Source: Candidatus Gastranaerophilales bacterium
Lineage (GTDB): Bacteria; Cyanobacteriota; Vampirovibrionia; Gastranaerophilales; Gastranaerophilaceae
Assembly (NCBI GenBank): GCA_944323155.1
Contig: CALURL010000006.1
Location: 21,159 to 85,158, forward strand
Length of the DNA stretch: 64,000 bases
Direction of reading: 5' to 3'
Shown: positions 18,519 to 29,471 of the stretch, piece after piece
How positions within the stretch are numbered: position 1 is the first letter of the stretch
Layout: each line of letters starts with the position of its first letter
Notes under the pieces: model-generated
Databases searched by the model: none
Told to the model about the DNA's origin: nothing
The model's input: the letters and a program-made list of their open reading frames with translations, nothing else
Position numbers and translations under genes: made by a program

Positions 18519-18522
18519 AATT

Positions 18523-19365
18523 ATGTTTAGCAATGATATAGATTATGAAGTTGTAGTATTTTCAATAGGCGACACAAAAGCCGGAACTAAAATGGGTAAA
18601 TTGCAGCTAAAAAATTTACAAGATGACTCTTTACTCAACTGTATTCTCTGGGAAGAAACCCTAAACCGCTTTGATCATAAAATTTTCAGAACAGGAAATA
18701 TTGTCAGAATAGTAACAGCAACTTTCAATGAAAAATACAACAACTGCCTTGTCTCATCTCTTGAACTTGTAAAAGAAGCTAAAACAGGCTTGAATGAACA
18801 AGAAAGAGAAAAAGTTTACAATGAACTTATTTCATTTATAGACAAAATTCATGATGAAAAATTAAATTCATTTTTAACTAAATTTTTTATGGAGCACAAA
18901 GACAGAATAAAAATTATGCCGGCAGCAAAAGTTATGCACCACAACTATATCGGCGGTTTGATTGTTCATATTCTGGAATGCCTCAAGTTTGCTGAAATCA
19001 ATATGGATTTATCTGATTACAAATTTAACAGAGATAATATTCTTGCAGCCTGTATGCTTCACGACATTGGCAAAATCTTTGAATACACAATTGATCTGGA
19101 AACAGGTTTAATTGATTATGACGAAAATTTCAGAAAAGATTGGATAAGCCATTCACAATACGGATTTTCAATATGTATGACAAACGGCTTTAAAGAAATC
19201 GCAAGAATGATTGCAGCCCATCACGGACGTTCTGATTGGGGAGCAATTATTGACCTTGATGAACGCGATTTGGAACCGGAATTGTATTTTATCCACCTGA
19301 TTGACAATATGTCAGCAAAATTCGGCAAGATAAACGTTCATATTTTAGAAGAAAAAGGAGTTTAG
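18523..19365 (+). CDS. OB-fold plus HD-domain phosphohydrolase (YhaM-like 3'-5' exoribonuclease family)
   Basis: N-terminal OB-like segment, then HHNYIGGLIVHILE ... MLHDIGKI ... AAHHG (HD domain). Confidence 0.6.
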   Translation: MFSNDIDYEVVVFSIGDTKAGTKMGKLQLKNLQDDSLLNCILWEETLNRFDHKIFRTGNIVRIVTATFNEKYNNCLVSSLELVKEAKTGLNEQEREKVYNELISFIDKIHDEKLNSFLTKFFMEHKDRIKIMPAAKVMHHNYIGGLIVHILECLKFAEINMDLSDYKFNRDNILAACMLHDIGKIFEYTIDLETGLIDYDENFRKDWISHSQYGFSICMTNGFKEIARMIAAHHGRSDWGAIIDLDERDLEPELYFIHLIDNMSAKFGKINVHILEEKGV

Positions 19366-19368
19366 GAA

Positions 19369-20043
19369 TTGTCAAGATTAACAGAAAAACATAACCTGCC
19401 TGGCACTCTTGTTTGTGTAGAGGGAATTGACGGTTCAGGAAAGTCCACTCAAATAACACTTTTGCGAGATTGGCTTAAAGCTTCGGGAAAAGATGTTATA
19501 TTTACAGAATGGAATTCCTCAGACTTGATTAGCCAGACTACAAAACTTGCAAAAAAGAAAAATATGCTCTCGCCAAGAACATTTTCTCTATTACATGCAG
19601 TAGATTTTGCAGACAGATTTAAACAGGTTATCGGTCCTGCCTTAAAAGCAGGTTTCATCGTGCTTGCAGACAGATACGCTTATACTGCATTTGCAAGAGA
19701 CGTTGCTAGAGGAGTCGATCCCAATTGGGTTAGAAACGTTTATAGCTTTGCTTATCAACCAGATTTGGCGTTATATTTTGATATTGATCCAAAAACTTCA
19801 ATGGAAAGAATTTGTTCCAATCGCACCCCAAAATTCTATGAAGCCGGTATGGATTTAAAATTAAGCAATGATCCTTATGAAAGTTATATAATCTTTCAAA
19901 GCAGGGTAATTAAAGAATATCAAAAAATGGTCGATGAATTTGGTCTGATTAAACTTAACGCAAATGATTCAATCCACTCAAAACAGATAGAGATCAGACG
20001 TCTTTTAAAAGAAGTTCTAAGTGCAAAGGGTGAAAACATATAA
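19369..20043 (+). CDS. tmk: dTMP kinase family protein (paralog 1)
   Basis: P-loop VEGIDGSGKSTQ, ADRYAYT (DR[YF] motif). TTG start. Confidence 0.7.
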   Translation: MSRLTEKHNLPGTLVCVEGIDGSGKSTQITLLRDWLKASGKDVIFTEWNSSDLISQTTKLAKKKNMLSPRTFSLLHAVDFADRFKQVIGPALKAGFIVLADRYAYTAFARDVARGVDPNWVRNVYSFAYQPDLALYFDIDPKTSMERICSNRTPKFYEAGMDLKLSNDPYESYIIFQSRVIKEYQKMVDEFGLIKLNANDSIHSKQIEIRRLLKEVLSAKGENI

Positions 20044-20070
20044 AATTCCGCAATTTCTAAAGAGGTAATA

Positions 20071-20742
20071 ATGAAAAAATTCAAAAAAAAGCATAAATAT
20101 GAAGGCCTACTTGTAGTAATCGAAGGTACTGACGGTTCAGGAAAATCTACCCAGCTGGAGCTTTTGAAACGTTCATTACAGGCTCAATCATACGGAGTTA
20201 TGGTTTCTGAATGGAAAACATCAAGACTTATTGCAAATGTTATTGACGATGCTAAAGAACGAAATCTTCTTAACGCAACAACCTATAGCCTTTTGTATGC
20301 TGCAGACTTTGTTGACAGGTTAGAAAACCAGATTATACCGGCACTTCAGTCAGGTTTTATAGTGCTATTGGACAGATATTATTACACCGCGCTTGCAAGA
20401 GACGTTGTGAGAGGACAAAATATTGAATGGGTAAAGAATTTATATGAATGCGCGCCTGAGCCTGATTTAATTTTCTATCTTGATATGCCTGTTGATGTTT
20501 TATTAAAAAGGATTATCGGAACAACAGGGCTTAATTATTACGAAAGCGGACGGGATGTCGGATTTTCAACAGATTTTTACAAAAGCTTTGAAATCTATCA
20601 GAATAAATGCCTTGAACAGTACAATAAAATGAAAAAAGAATACAACTTTAAAAGCATTGACGGAACAAAGTCCATTGAAGAAATTCACGAAATTATGCAA
20701 GGTGAAGTTCAAAAAATACTGGATAGCGGCGTGCTTTATTAG
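20071..20742 (+). CDS. dTMP kinase family protein (paralog 2)
   Basis: P-loop IEGTDGSGKSTQ, LDRYYYT. Collinear with the preceding paralog. Confidence 0.7.
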   Translation: MKKFKKKHKYEGLLVVIEGTDGSGKSTQLELLKRSLQAQSYGVMVSEWKTSRLIANVIDDAKERNLLNATTYSLLYAADFVDRLENQIIPALQSGFIVLLDRYYYTALARDVVRGQNIEWVKNLYECAPEPDLIFYLDMPVDVLLKRIIGTTGLNYYESGRDVGFSTDFYKSFEIYQNKCLEQYNKMKKEYNFKSIDGTKSIEEIHEIMQGEVQKILDSGVLY

Positions 20743-20909
20743 TTTGTTCTCCTCACCTGTTCCACTAGCACATAAATATCCGCTTTTAACCAATTGTAAA
20801 CTATTACACACAAAAATTTACGTTATGAAACATTTTGAACTTTTAGGCATGGTTTATGCTAGATTAAGAATATAGAAAAGACAAATACAGTGTTGAAGGA
20901 GATTAGTGA

Positions 20910-21557
20910 ATGTCTGAATACTTGAGCAAAGAAGAGATTAAACAATGGAGAAGCTCATTAGAAAAGATAACTTTAGAGGAATTTGCTGCTAGATTAGGGA
21001 AGAAAATAGAAGAAGCCAAACCAACAAATGATTTGGTGGATATTGTTTTAAAAGGACAACCTGTAGTTTCTACAAGTGAAGACTGGATGCAGACAAGAGC
21101 AGAAAGACTAAGTTCTATTGCAGAACGTGCATATGACAGAGAACGCGAAATTGCTCCGTCTCCATTTTCTATTCATCATATGACGACAGAACATACTGAA
21201 GAAAAAACTATGAAACAGTCTGATAAAAAACAGACTAAGGCAAAAAAATCTAATTCAACAAAAACTTCAACGAAGTCAGAAAAAACAACTCACAAAACAG
21301 TTAAAACTAATGTTACCAATAACGACTTGAGAGAAGAAGTCAGAGTCGTTTTCAAAAAGGCATTGACTGACCGGGAACAAAAAGTTTTTGACCACTTTGC
21401 AGAACACAAAGGTCAAATAGTTTATGCAAAAGACCTTGCAGCATTGCTTGAATTACCTAGAGATTATGTTTATAAATATATTAAAAATCTGAGGGCAAAA
21501 ATCGAAGGCGACAAACTTCAAAATGCCGACAAAGGCGGATTTATTCTAAATGTTTAG
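20910..21557 (+). CDS. Hypothetical protein with K/T-rich linker and C-terminal winged-helix-like segment
   Basis: 215 aa. C-terminal REQKVFDHFAEHKGQIVYAKDLAALLELPRDYVYKYIKNLR looks like a DNA-binding HTH. GGAG RBS. Confidence 0.55.
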   Translation: MSEYLSKEEIKQWRSSLEKITLEEFAARLGKKIEEAKPTNDLVDIVLKGQPVVSTSEDWMQTRAERLSSIAERAYDREREIAPSPFSIHHMTTEHTEEKTMKQSDKKQTKAKKSNSTKTSTKSEKTTHKTVKTNVTNNDLREEVRVVFKKALTDREQKVFDHFAEHKGQIVYAKDLAALLELPRDYVYKYIKNLRAKIEGDKLQNADKGGFILNV

Positions 21558-21561
21558 GAAT

Positions 21562-21592
21562 AAAAAAGAGCTTCAGTTTGAAGCTCTTTTTT
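21562..21592. terminator. Bidirectional terminator between convergent genes
   Basis: AAAAAAGAGCTTCA-GTT-TGAAGCTCTTTTTT. Confidence 0.8.
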
Positions 21593-21595
21593 ATA

Positions 21596-22449
21596 TTAAT
21601 AATTCATTTCCCAGTTGTCATTTAGAATTTTTCCGAAACATCCATCGCCAAGAGGTGATTTTTGACAAAATGATTCAAATCTTTTTTCACGGTTTTCAGA
21701 GATACAATTAGAGGAATTGTCACTACATGTGTTAATTTCTTTATACTCATCAATTGAACCATCTTGATAAAATCTAGCGATAAACATATCTCTTCCACCG
21801 ATATTAGGGCCATTAACTCCGTTAACGTCAATAGTAATCAACCCGCCGTAAAAATTTTCGCTTGTTTCATATACAGCAATAGGAGATACACAAATAGAAG
21901 CGCCACTTGCTATAACAAAACATTTTACACCATCTGAAGTCTCAACATTCGTACTAAAAGTCTTAGTCCCATCAATAGATCTGTATTCATCTGCAAAACA
22001 AGGTCTATATTTGGTACCACAATCATTTACTATTTTAAAATACTGAGTCATAAAATCAGTTGTTTTATCCGAAGATGACAAACCTGCTTCTACTAAGTTT
22101 ATTGCGTTATGATCAGTTTGATATCTTACAAAAGCCTGACTAAATTCACTATAAACTTTATGTAATTGAGTTACATAAGTTTTTCTCTGATGATTTTGCA
22201 TTAAAGTTGGAACAGTCATGGCAGAAACTACACCAATAATTCCTAAAGTTACCAGAACTTCCGCTAGAGTAAATGCACATTTCTTTTTAAAAACTCTTGT
22301 TGGGCTGAAGATAGTATAGACCTTCTCCCCCAAATTGACGATTTGGTATAGATCTAAATTGTTTTTTGAGCAAACATTATCAGCTGCATCACCGTGTGCA
22401 ACTAAGCCTTTGCCCCCCCCCCAACTGTTTCTCTAAATAAATTTTGCAT
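21596..22449 (-). CDS. Prepilin-type protein, phase-variable leader; out of frame at G10
   Basis: ATG 22449 (AAGGAGG RBS, 12 nt after the radical-SAM stop) reads MQNLFRETV+G10 then GCA AAG GCT TAG. G11 would give a 59-aa leader ending ..KKKCA|FTLAEVLVTLGIIGVVSAMTVPTL, joining ORF 21596..22333 (116 nt offset, mod 3 = 2). Contains DVNGVNGPNIGGRDMF and the C-terminus GCFGKILNDNWEMNY. Confidence 0.8.
22413..22422 (-). repeat. G10 homopolymer at codon 10 of pilin-like gene (off frame)
   Basis: 8+2 C counted on the plus strand. Confidence 0.9.
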
Positions 22450-22461
22450 AATACCTCCTTT

Positions 22462-23883
22462 TTATTTTCTTAATAATACATTCATTCCCGCAAAAAAATA
22501 ACTCTTAACTTCTGCAAAAGAACGAATTCTTGATAACATCTTCAATATATAAAAAGGTCTTAAATAAAACCGTCTTATTGCCGATTTATGAAGTTCAAAT
22601 ATTCTATCCTTGCTCAGATAATGCGTATTAACAGCCGGATAATAATATGCATTTGCAAAAGAAGTATCTTTATCAAAAAGATTATGTTCTCTGGCATAGC
22701 TATAAAAAGTAGAACCAGGCAAAGGCGTCGCAGTATAGAAACTGATAAAATCACTATCAAGTTCTATTGCAAATCTGATTGTGTCCTCAACTGTCTCTTC
22801 GCTTTCCCAAGGAAGCCCTATTACAAAGTAGTTGTAAATTCTAATCTTTGCCTTTTTAAAGATTTTAACAGTATTTCTAATATCATCCAGTGTAATTTTT
22901 TTGCCCATTTTATCAAGCATATATTGAGAACCGCTTTCAACGCCAATACTTACCAAGCGGCAGCCTGATTCATACATTTTTTGAGCCATTTCTAAGTCAG
23001 CAGTATCAGCGCGGGTATTAGCAGACCAGGTAATCTTTAAACCAGAATCAATTATAGCCTGACATAATTCAAATACCCATTTTCTATCCAGGTTAAAAAT
23101 ATCAGACCAGAATAAAAAATTTGTAATATTATATTTTTCCACACATTCTTTAATTTCTTCAAGAATATTTTGAACGCTTCTGCGTCTGACTTTTGCACCT
23201 GAAACCGGTGTTGCGAGACAAAAGAAACAGTGAAAAGGACATCCTCTTGAAACTTTAATTGTAGCCTGAACTTTGTTATTATCAGGACGCCTGTAAATTG
23301 AATTATCAACAAGATGACGTGCTGGAAAAGGTATAGAATCCAAATCTTCAATAAAAGGTCTTTGGCCGGTAAATTTAATCAATAAATCATCACGGTAATA
23401 AATACCTAAAACTTTCGGCATTGATTTTCCTTCAAGAATTTCTCTCAAAGTTTCCTCAGCTTCACCGAGAATTCCAATATCCAAATCTTTATGTTCTTCT
23501 AAAATTGCTAAGCCAAAAGTTAAAAATGCAGCTCCTTTAGCTATAGTTTTAATATTAGGACAAATTTGCTTTGCTATTTTAACAGCATCCAAATCATGTT
23601 CCAAAGTCGGAGTAGCAATATTTATCAACAAATAATCAGGTTTAAACTCTTTCAAATCTTTTTCATAGTCGCCGCCCTGGCTGTAATCCATAATTTTAGC
23701 TTCTAATCCTGTTTTTTCGGCAACTGCAGCTAAATACATTAAATCAGTAGGAGGCAAAGGAGGAATAACCAGCAATTCTTTTGTTGGCTGCTGGCATCTG
23801 TCTTCCCTGTTCAAAACCGGAGAAGGAGGGTATATCAATAATATTCTTTTTTTTGAAATATTCTCACTATTCTTATCTTCCAT
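22462..23883 (-). CDS. B12-binding domain-containing radical SAM protein
   Basis: N-terminal cobalamin-binding-like domain, CPFHCFFC (CxxxCxxC) cluster motif, 473 aa. Confidence 0.8.
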   Translation of the reverse strand: MEDKNSENISKKRILLIYPPSPVLNREDRCQQPTKELLVIPPLPPTDLMYLAAVAEKTGLEAKIMDYSQGGDYEKDLKEFKPDYLLINIATPTLEHDLDAVKIAKQICPNIKTIAKGAAFLTFGLAILEEHKDLDIGILGEAEETLREILEGKSMPKVLGIYYRDDLLIKFTGQRPFIEDLDSIPFPARHLVDNSIYRRPDNNKVQATIKVSRGCPFHCFFCLATPVSGAKVRRRSVQNILEEIKECVEKYNITNFLFWSDIFNLDRKWVFELCQAIIDSGLKITWSANTRADTADLEMAQKMYESGCRLVSIGVESGSQYMLDKMGKKITLDDIRNTVKIFKKAKIRIYNYFVIGLPWESEETVEDTIRFAIELDSDFISFYTATPLPGSTFYSYAREHNLFDKDTSFANAYYYPAVNTHYLSKDRIFELHKSAIRRFYLRPFYILKMLSRIRSFAEVKSYFFAGMNVLLRK

Positions 23884-23886
23884 AAG

Positions 23887-25275
23887 TTAAGCCTTTTCTT
23901 TTACCGTCTTTGCAACAATTGCAGCGATTAACAAACAAGCAGCACCCACCAAAAATGCATATTCCCAATGATAATTTATATAGTCAGAACCCATATGGAA
24001 AGCACACTTTGAAATAAACCATGCAACAAGCGTACAAACAAAAACCTGAGGTCCTGCTATAAATATATTAAAAATACCCATTACAGAGCCTTCCGTTCCC
24101 TTTTTAATAAATTGGGAAAGCATTGCAAAAGGTAAAGCACAAATACTTGCCCAGCCAATTCCTGCTAATGCCATCATTACTGCAACAAATTTTATATCTT
24201 TGACAAATGCCATTCCAAGGTAAGCTAAAACCATGGACAGCAAAGAGATTATGTGAACCTTTTTATTGCCAAATTTTGCAGATAAAACACCAATAGGTAT
24301 AGCAACAAGAAAACAAATTAGATTAAAAATAGCAAAACAAATTGAAGAAAAATTAGTTCCGCTGATAACAGCATCATCAAACAACTGTTTTGTAGATTCA
24401 GCCGCAGTTGTCAAATCAGGAACACAATATAAAGTATGAACACAAAACTGTGTAAAGAATATCATTACACACATTGTACCTATCCAGGTAAAAAATTGCA
24501 TTACACATATTTTTGTAACTTCCGGAGAAAGAGCAAAGAAGTTTTTTAAAGCATCCCAGAAAGTATCTTCTTTAATTTCTGCAACAGCGACATCTTTAAC
24601 CATTTCTTTTTTAGTATTATATTCCTTAATAGTTAAACAAGTCCAAATCATACCAAGCGTGAAAGCAAGGGCGGCCATAATAAATTGAGCATTAACAGAC
24701 ATTTGATAATCAAATATAATCTTTAAAAAAGGAGCAGCACCAGCGGCAATAACAGAACCCAACCCTATGGCAAGACTAATATATGAGTTTGCAATAGAAT
24801 ACTGCTCTTCAGGAACAATATCTGGAATTAAAGCTCTATAAGGCCCCTGTGCAACATTGACGCAAGCATCAATTATCCAAATCATTATTGCGGCAATTAA
24901 TAATGCCGTTAAAGCAGGAAGTTGAATTCCAGTAAAATGAGATATAAAATCAGCAACATTTGCAGAATTTGGGAATATCCACAAAGCAACAGAAGCTAAT
25001 AAAGCACCTCCTAAAAGATAAGGTCTCCTTCTTCCTAACGGAGAAACAGTCTTATCGCTTAATGCTCCGACAAGCGGCTGAACAACCATTCCCGTAAAAG
25101 GTCCAGCAAGCCAGATTAAACCATAAATAAACGGAGAAGCTCCTAAACTCTCTGTTACAGGCCCTGACAAAATAATTCTCATCTGCCAGGCAAACTGTAA
25201 GCCAAAAAATCCTAAAGCGAAATTCAAAAACTGGGCTGGTGTAAACTTTTTCAAAACAAAATTATTCTCATCCAT
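23887..25275 (-). CDS. MFS transporter, GPH/sucrose-H+ symporter-like
   Basis: 12-TM-like profile with the RRRPYLLGG motif typical of the glycoside-pentoside-hexuronide / SLC45 family. Confidence 0.7.
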   Translation of the reverse strand: MDENNFVLKKFTPAQFLNFALGFFGLQFAWQMRIILSGPVTESLGASPFIYGLIWLAGPFTGMVVQPLVGALSDKTVSPLGRRRPYLLGGALLASVALWIFPNSANVADFISHFTGIQLPALTALLIAAIMIWIIDACVNVAQGPYRALIPDIVPEEQYSIANSYISLAIGLGSVIAAGAAPFLKIIFDYQMSVNAQFIMAALAFTLGMIWTCLTIKEYNTKKEMVKDVAVAEIKEDTFWDALKNFFALSPEVTKICVMQFFTWIGTMCVMIFFTQFCVHTLYCVPDLTTAAESTKQLFDDAVISGTNFSSICFAIFNLICFLVAIPIGVLSAKFGNKKVHIISLLSMVLAYLGMAFVKDIKFVAVMMALAGIGWASICALPFAMLSQFIKKGTEGSVMGIFNIFIAGPQVFVCTLVAWFISKCAFHMGSDYINYHWEYAFLVGAACLLIAAIVAKTVKEKA

Positions 25276-25370
25276 TAAATCAGTATCTCCCCGAAAATAA
25301 ACTCTTTGTCATTTTACGATACAACGAACAAAAAGCATAGTCAATAAAAACTTGACAAAGCAAAAATAAA

Positions 25371-25395
25371 AAAGAGAGTTTTAACTCTCTTTTTT
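25371..25395 (-). terminator. Rho-independent terminator after pyrG
   Basis: Minus strand: AAAGAGAGTTAAAACTCTCTTT flanked by an A run and a T run, immediately after the stop at 25396. Confidence 0.7.
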
Positions 25396-27060
<1,665 letters not shown>

Positions 27061-27067
27061 TCAAAAG

Positions 27068-27349
27068 TTAGTTAATTTTAGGAACTTTAAAGAATCCGTT
27101 TTCTTCTTCCGGCGCATTTGCCATAAGTTCCTCTTTAGTTTGTTCATAATGAACTTCATCTTCTCTCATTACATTGACAAAATCAATAACCTGACACATA
27201 GGTTTGACATTTGATGTATCAACTTCATTCATCTGATCAACATATTTTAAAACATCACCTAATTGCTTTGTGTATAACTCTTTTTCCTCTTCTGTTAATT
27301 CTAATCTTGCAAGTTTTGCAACATGTTCAACATCTTTAATTGTAATCAT
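27068..27349 (-). CDS. gatC: Asp-tRNA(Asn)/Glu-tRNA(Gln) amidotransferase subunit C
   Basis: 93 aa. ITIKDVEHVAKLARLELTEEEKE... is a typical GatC sequence. Confidence 0.88.
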   Translation of the reverse strand: MITIKDVEHVAKLARLELTEEEKELYTKQLGDVLKYVDQMNEVDTSNVKPMCQVIDFVNVMREDEVHYEQTKEELMANAPEEENGFFKVPKIN

Positions 27350-27484
27350 TATTTCATCACTCCATACAAATATATATCTTATTGTAACATAGAAAATTCG
27401 AATGCAAGAATTTTTATTACAAAAAATAAATTAAATGTAACGATTTTGTTTTTTATAAGCTTTATGTTATACTAAAAAGTAGTA

Positions 27485-28279
27485 TTGGAGAAAATTTTGT
27501 TGGATAGTAAAACAAAAATTGCAGAAGATCTTGACGCCCAGTTAATTGCATACAAAGAATGCAAGGACGAAAAGAAAAAAAGAATGATACATTTAAGTAT
27601 TGTTGAAAATGCAATGTATCTTGTAAAAAAAATTGCAGGAAACATTGCGGCTCAATCAGGTTCGTCTATAGAAGACCTAATACAGGTTGGTTCTATCGGA
27701 CTTATTAAGGCTATTGAATTTTTTAATTCCGACAAAAATGCAAGATTCAAAACTTATGCATCATACTTTATTAGAGGAGAAATAAAACATTACCTCCGGG
27801 ATAAAGCCTCTATAATAAAAGCTCCAAGAGAACTGCAGGAACTCGTTTTCAAAATAAACTCAGCAATAAAAAAGCTGCATGAAAAAGGAATTGAAGATCC
27901 GACAGATGAACAAGTTGCACAGGAAGTTGGAATTACAACCGCAAAAATCCATGAAGTTCTAGAAATAGAACACTGCAAAAGCACACTTTCTCTGGATCAA
28001 TCTTTTACAACTGATGACGACGATTTAACGCTTATTGATAAAATCCCATCTGGAGATTATCAGGAATTTTTAAATTCATATGAAGACAAAATCATGATAG
28101 CTTCTGCAATAAAAAAATTACCTAAGGATTTAAGAGAAATTATTGAACTTAGTTATTATGAGGATTTGAACCAAAGAGAAATTTCGGAAAAAATTCATAT
28201 CTCTCAAATGCAGGTTTCAAGACGTTTGAAAAAAGCATTAAATAGAATGTACGAAATTATAAAATCAGAAGAAAATTAA
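27485..28279 (+). CDS. RNA polymerase sigma factor, group 3 (SigF/SigB-like)
   Basis: Region 2 (FKTYASYFIRGEIKHYLRD) and region 4.2 HTH (NQREISEKIHISQMQVSRRLKKAL). TTG start. Confidence 0.8.
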   Translation: MEKILLDSKTKIAEDLDAQLIAYKECKDEKKKRMIHLSIVENAMYLVKKIAGNIAAQSGSSIEDLIQVGSIGLIKAIEFFNSDKNARFKTYASYFIRGEIKHYLRDKASIIKAPRELQELVFKINSAIKKLHEKGIEDPTDEQVAQEVGITTAKIHEVLEIEHCKSTLSLDQSFTTDDDDLTLIDKIPSGDYQEFLNSYEDKIMIASAIKKLPKDLREIIELSYYEDLNQREISEKIHISQMQVSRRLKKALNRMYEIIKSEEN

Positions 28280-28315
28280 AACAATAAACACATAACATCA
28301 TAAAGGAGACATCAA

Positions 28316-29314
28316 ATGACACTATTTATAACACTTGTAGCATTCGTTTTTATAATAGGGCTTTGTATAGGAAGTTTTTTAAATGTTGTCATACTCAGAA
28401 CCCTATCTGAAGAATCAATTGTTTTTCCAGCGTCAAAATGTCCAAAATGCCAGCATCCGTTAAAATGGTGGCATAATATACCTTTAATATCTTATATTTG
28501 CCTTAAAGGCAAATGTGCTTTTTGTAAAGAACCAATCAGCATACAATATCCTATTGTGGAACTTTTAACAGGAATCATATTCACATTAATATTTTTAAAA
28601 TTCGGCATTTCTGTTGATACAATTGTGGGCTGGATTATTGCAAGTTTACTTATTATTATTGCAGGGACTGATTTTAAAGAAAAAGTTGTTTATGATATTC
28701 ACACACTTTCACTTGTTGGTGTAGGTCTTTTATACGCTGCAATAGTTACAGCTTATGGATTATTTGTTATGCACAATGCAACTGGAGAAATCACATTTAG
28801 CAAAGATTTACTTCTAAACAATCCTTTCACAAACTCAGTTCTTGGCATAATTGCAGGTATTGTTATTATGGAAGTATTTGCGAGATTTGGCTACCTTGTT
28901 CAAAGAGGTGTTAGAATGTTTGAAGTCGGCGATACTTATATTGCTGCAGGTTTGGGAGCATTTCTTGGCTGGAGAACACTAATTATTGCTCTTATATTAT
29001 CAGTTATATTGCAAGTTATATATTTTCTGCCGCTATTTATCAAAGATTTATTTTGTAAAAAAGAATGGAAAACGCTTATTCCATTTGTACTATTTGTAAT
29101 TTATGCCATAACATTTTTCTCACTAGAACATTATGGAATTATAGATATTTCAAACTTTGCATTATACAGTGCATTAACACTATTGCTTGCAGGTCTTGGA
29201 ATTTATACATGTTATAGAATATTTAAAGGTCTAAGAGAAAATCCATCATCTGCAACATGTTTACCGTTCGGACCGGCAATGGTTGTTGCCGCGCTAATTT
29301 TGTTAATTTTATAA
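28316..29314 (+). CDS. pilD: Prepilin peptidase (A24 family, PilD-like)
   Basis: Zn-finger-like CPKCQHPL...CAFCKEPIS, QYPIVELLTG, GTDFKEKVVYD and VGDTYIAAGLGAFLGW aspartyl motifs, multi-pass membrane. Confidence 0.85.
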   Translation: MTLFITLVAFVFIIGLCIGSFLNVVILRTLSEESIVFPASKCPKCQHPLKWWHNIPLISYICLKGKCAFCKEPISIQYPIVELLTGIIFTLIFLKFGISVDTIVGWIIASLLIIIAGTDFKEKVVYDIHTLSLVGVGLLYAAIVTAYGLFVMHNATGEITFSKDLLLNNPFTNSVLGIIAGIVIMEVFARFGYLVQRGVRMFEVGDTYIAAGLGAFLGWRTLIIALILSVILQVIYFLPLFIKDLFCKKEWKTLIPFVLFVIYAITFFSLEHYGIIDISNFALYSALTLLLAGLGIYTCYRIFKGLRENPSSATCLPFGPAMVVAALILLIL

Positions 29315-29333
29315 AATAAAAGGAGGCTTAATT

Positions 29334-29390
29334 ATGTTATTCAAAAATAATTCACGCGTTTGCCCCCCCCCCGACAAGCTAATAAAATAA
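29334..29390 (+). other. Inverted copy of the pilin leader/homopolymer module; reads as an 18-codon mini-ORF on the plus strand
   Basis: AGGAGG 29321-29326, then ATG 29334 ... CGCGTTTG-C10-GACAAGCT. This is the reverse complement of AGCTTGTC-G10-CAAGCGC seen at 9690-9715. Plus-strand ORF is MLFKNNSRVCPPPDKLIK*. Flanked by direct repeats ATAAAATAAA(A)GG at 29311 and 29382. Confidence 0.6.
29363..29372 (+). repeat. C10 homopolymer (tract inverted relative to the adjacent pilin-like gene)
   Basis: 8+2 C counted on the plus strand. Confidence 0.9.
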
Positions 29391-29417
29391 AGGTTTTTGG
29401 GGATATCTATAAAAATA

Positions 29418-29446
29418 TTGACAATTTTAAGAATATACTTCATAAT
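29418..29446 (+). promoter_or_regulatory. Candidate promoter TTGACA-N17-CATAAT upstream of pilin-like gene 5
   Basis: TTGACA 29418-29423, 17-nt spacer, CATAAT 29441-29446. Confidence 0.5.
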
Positions 29447-29471
29447 AGTGATGTGTTACATCTCAAATTAA

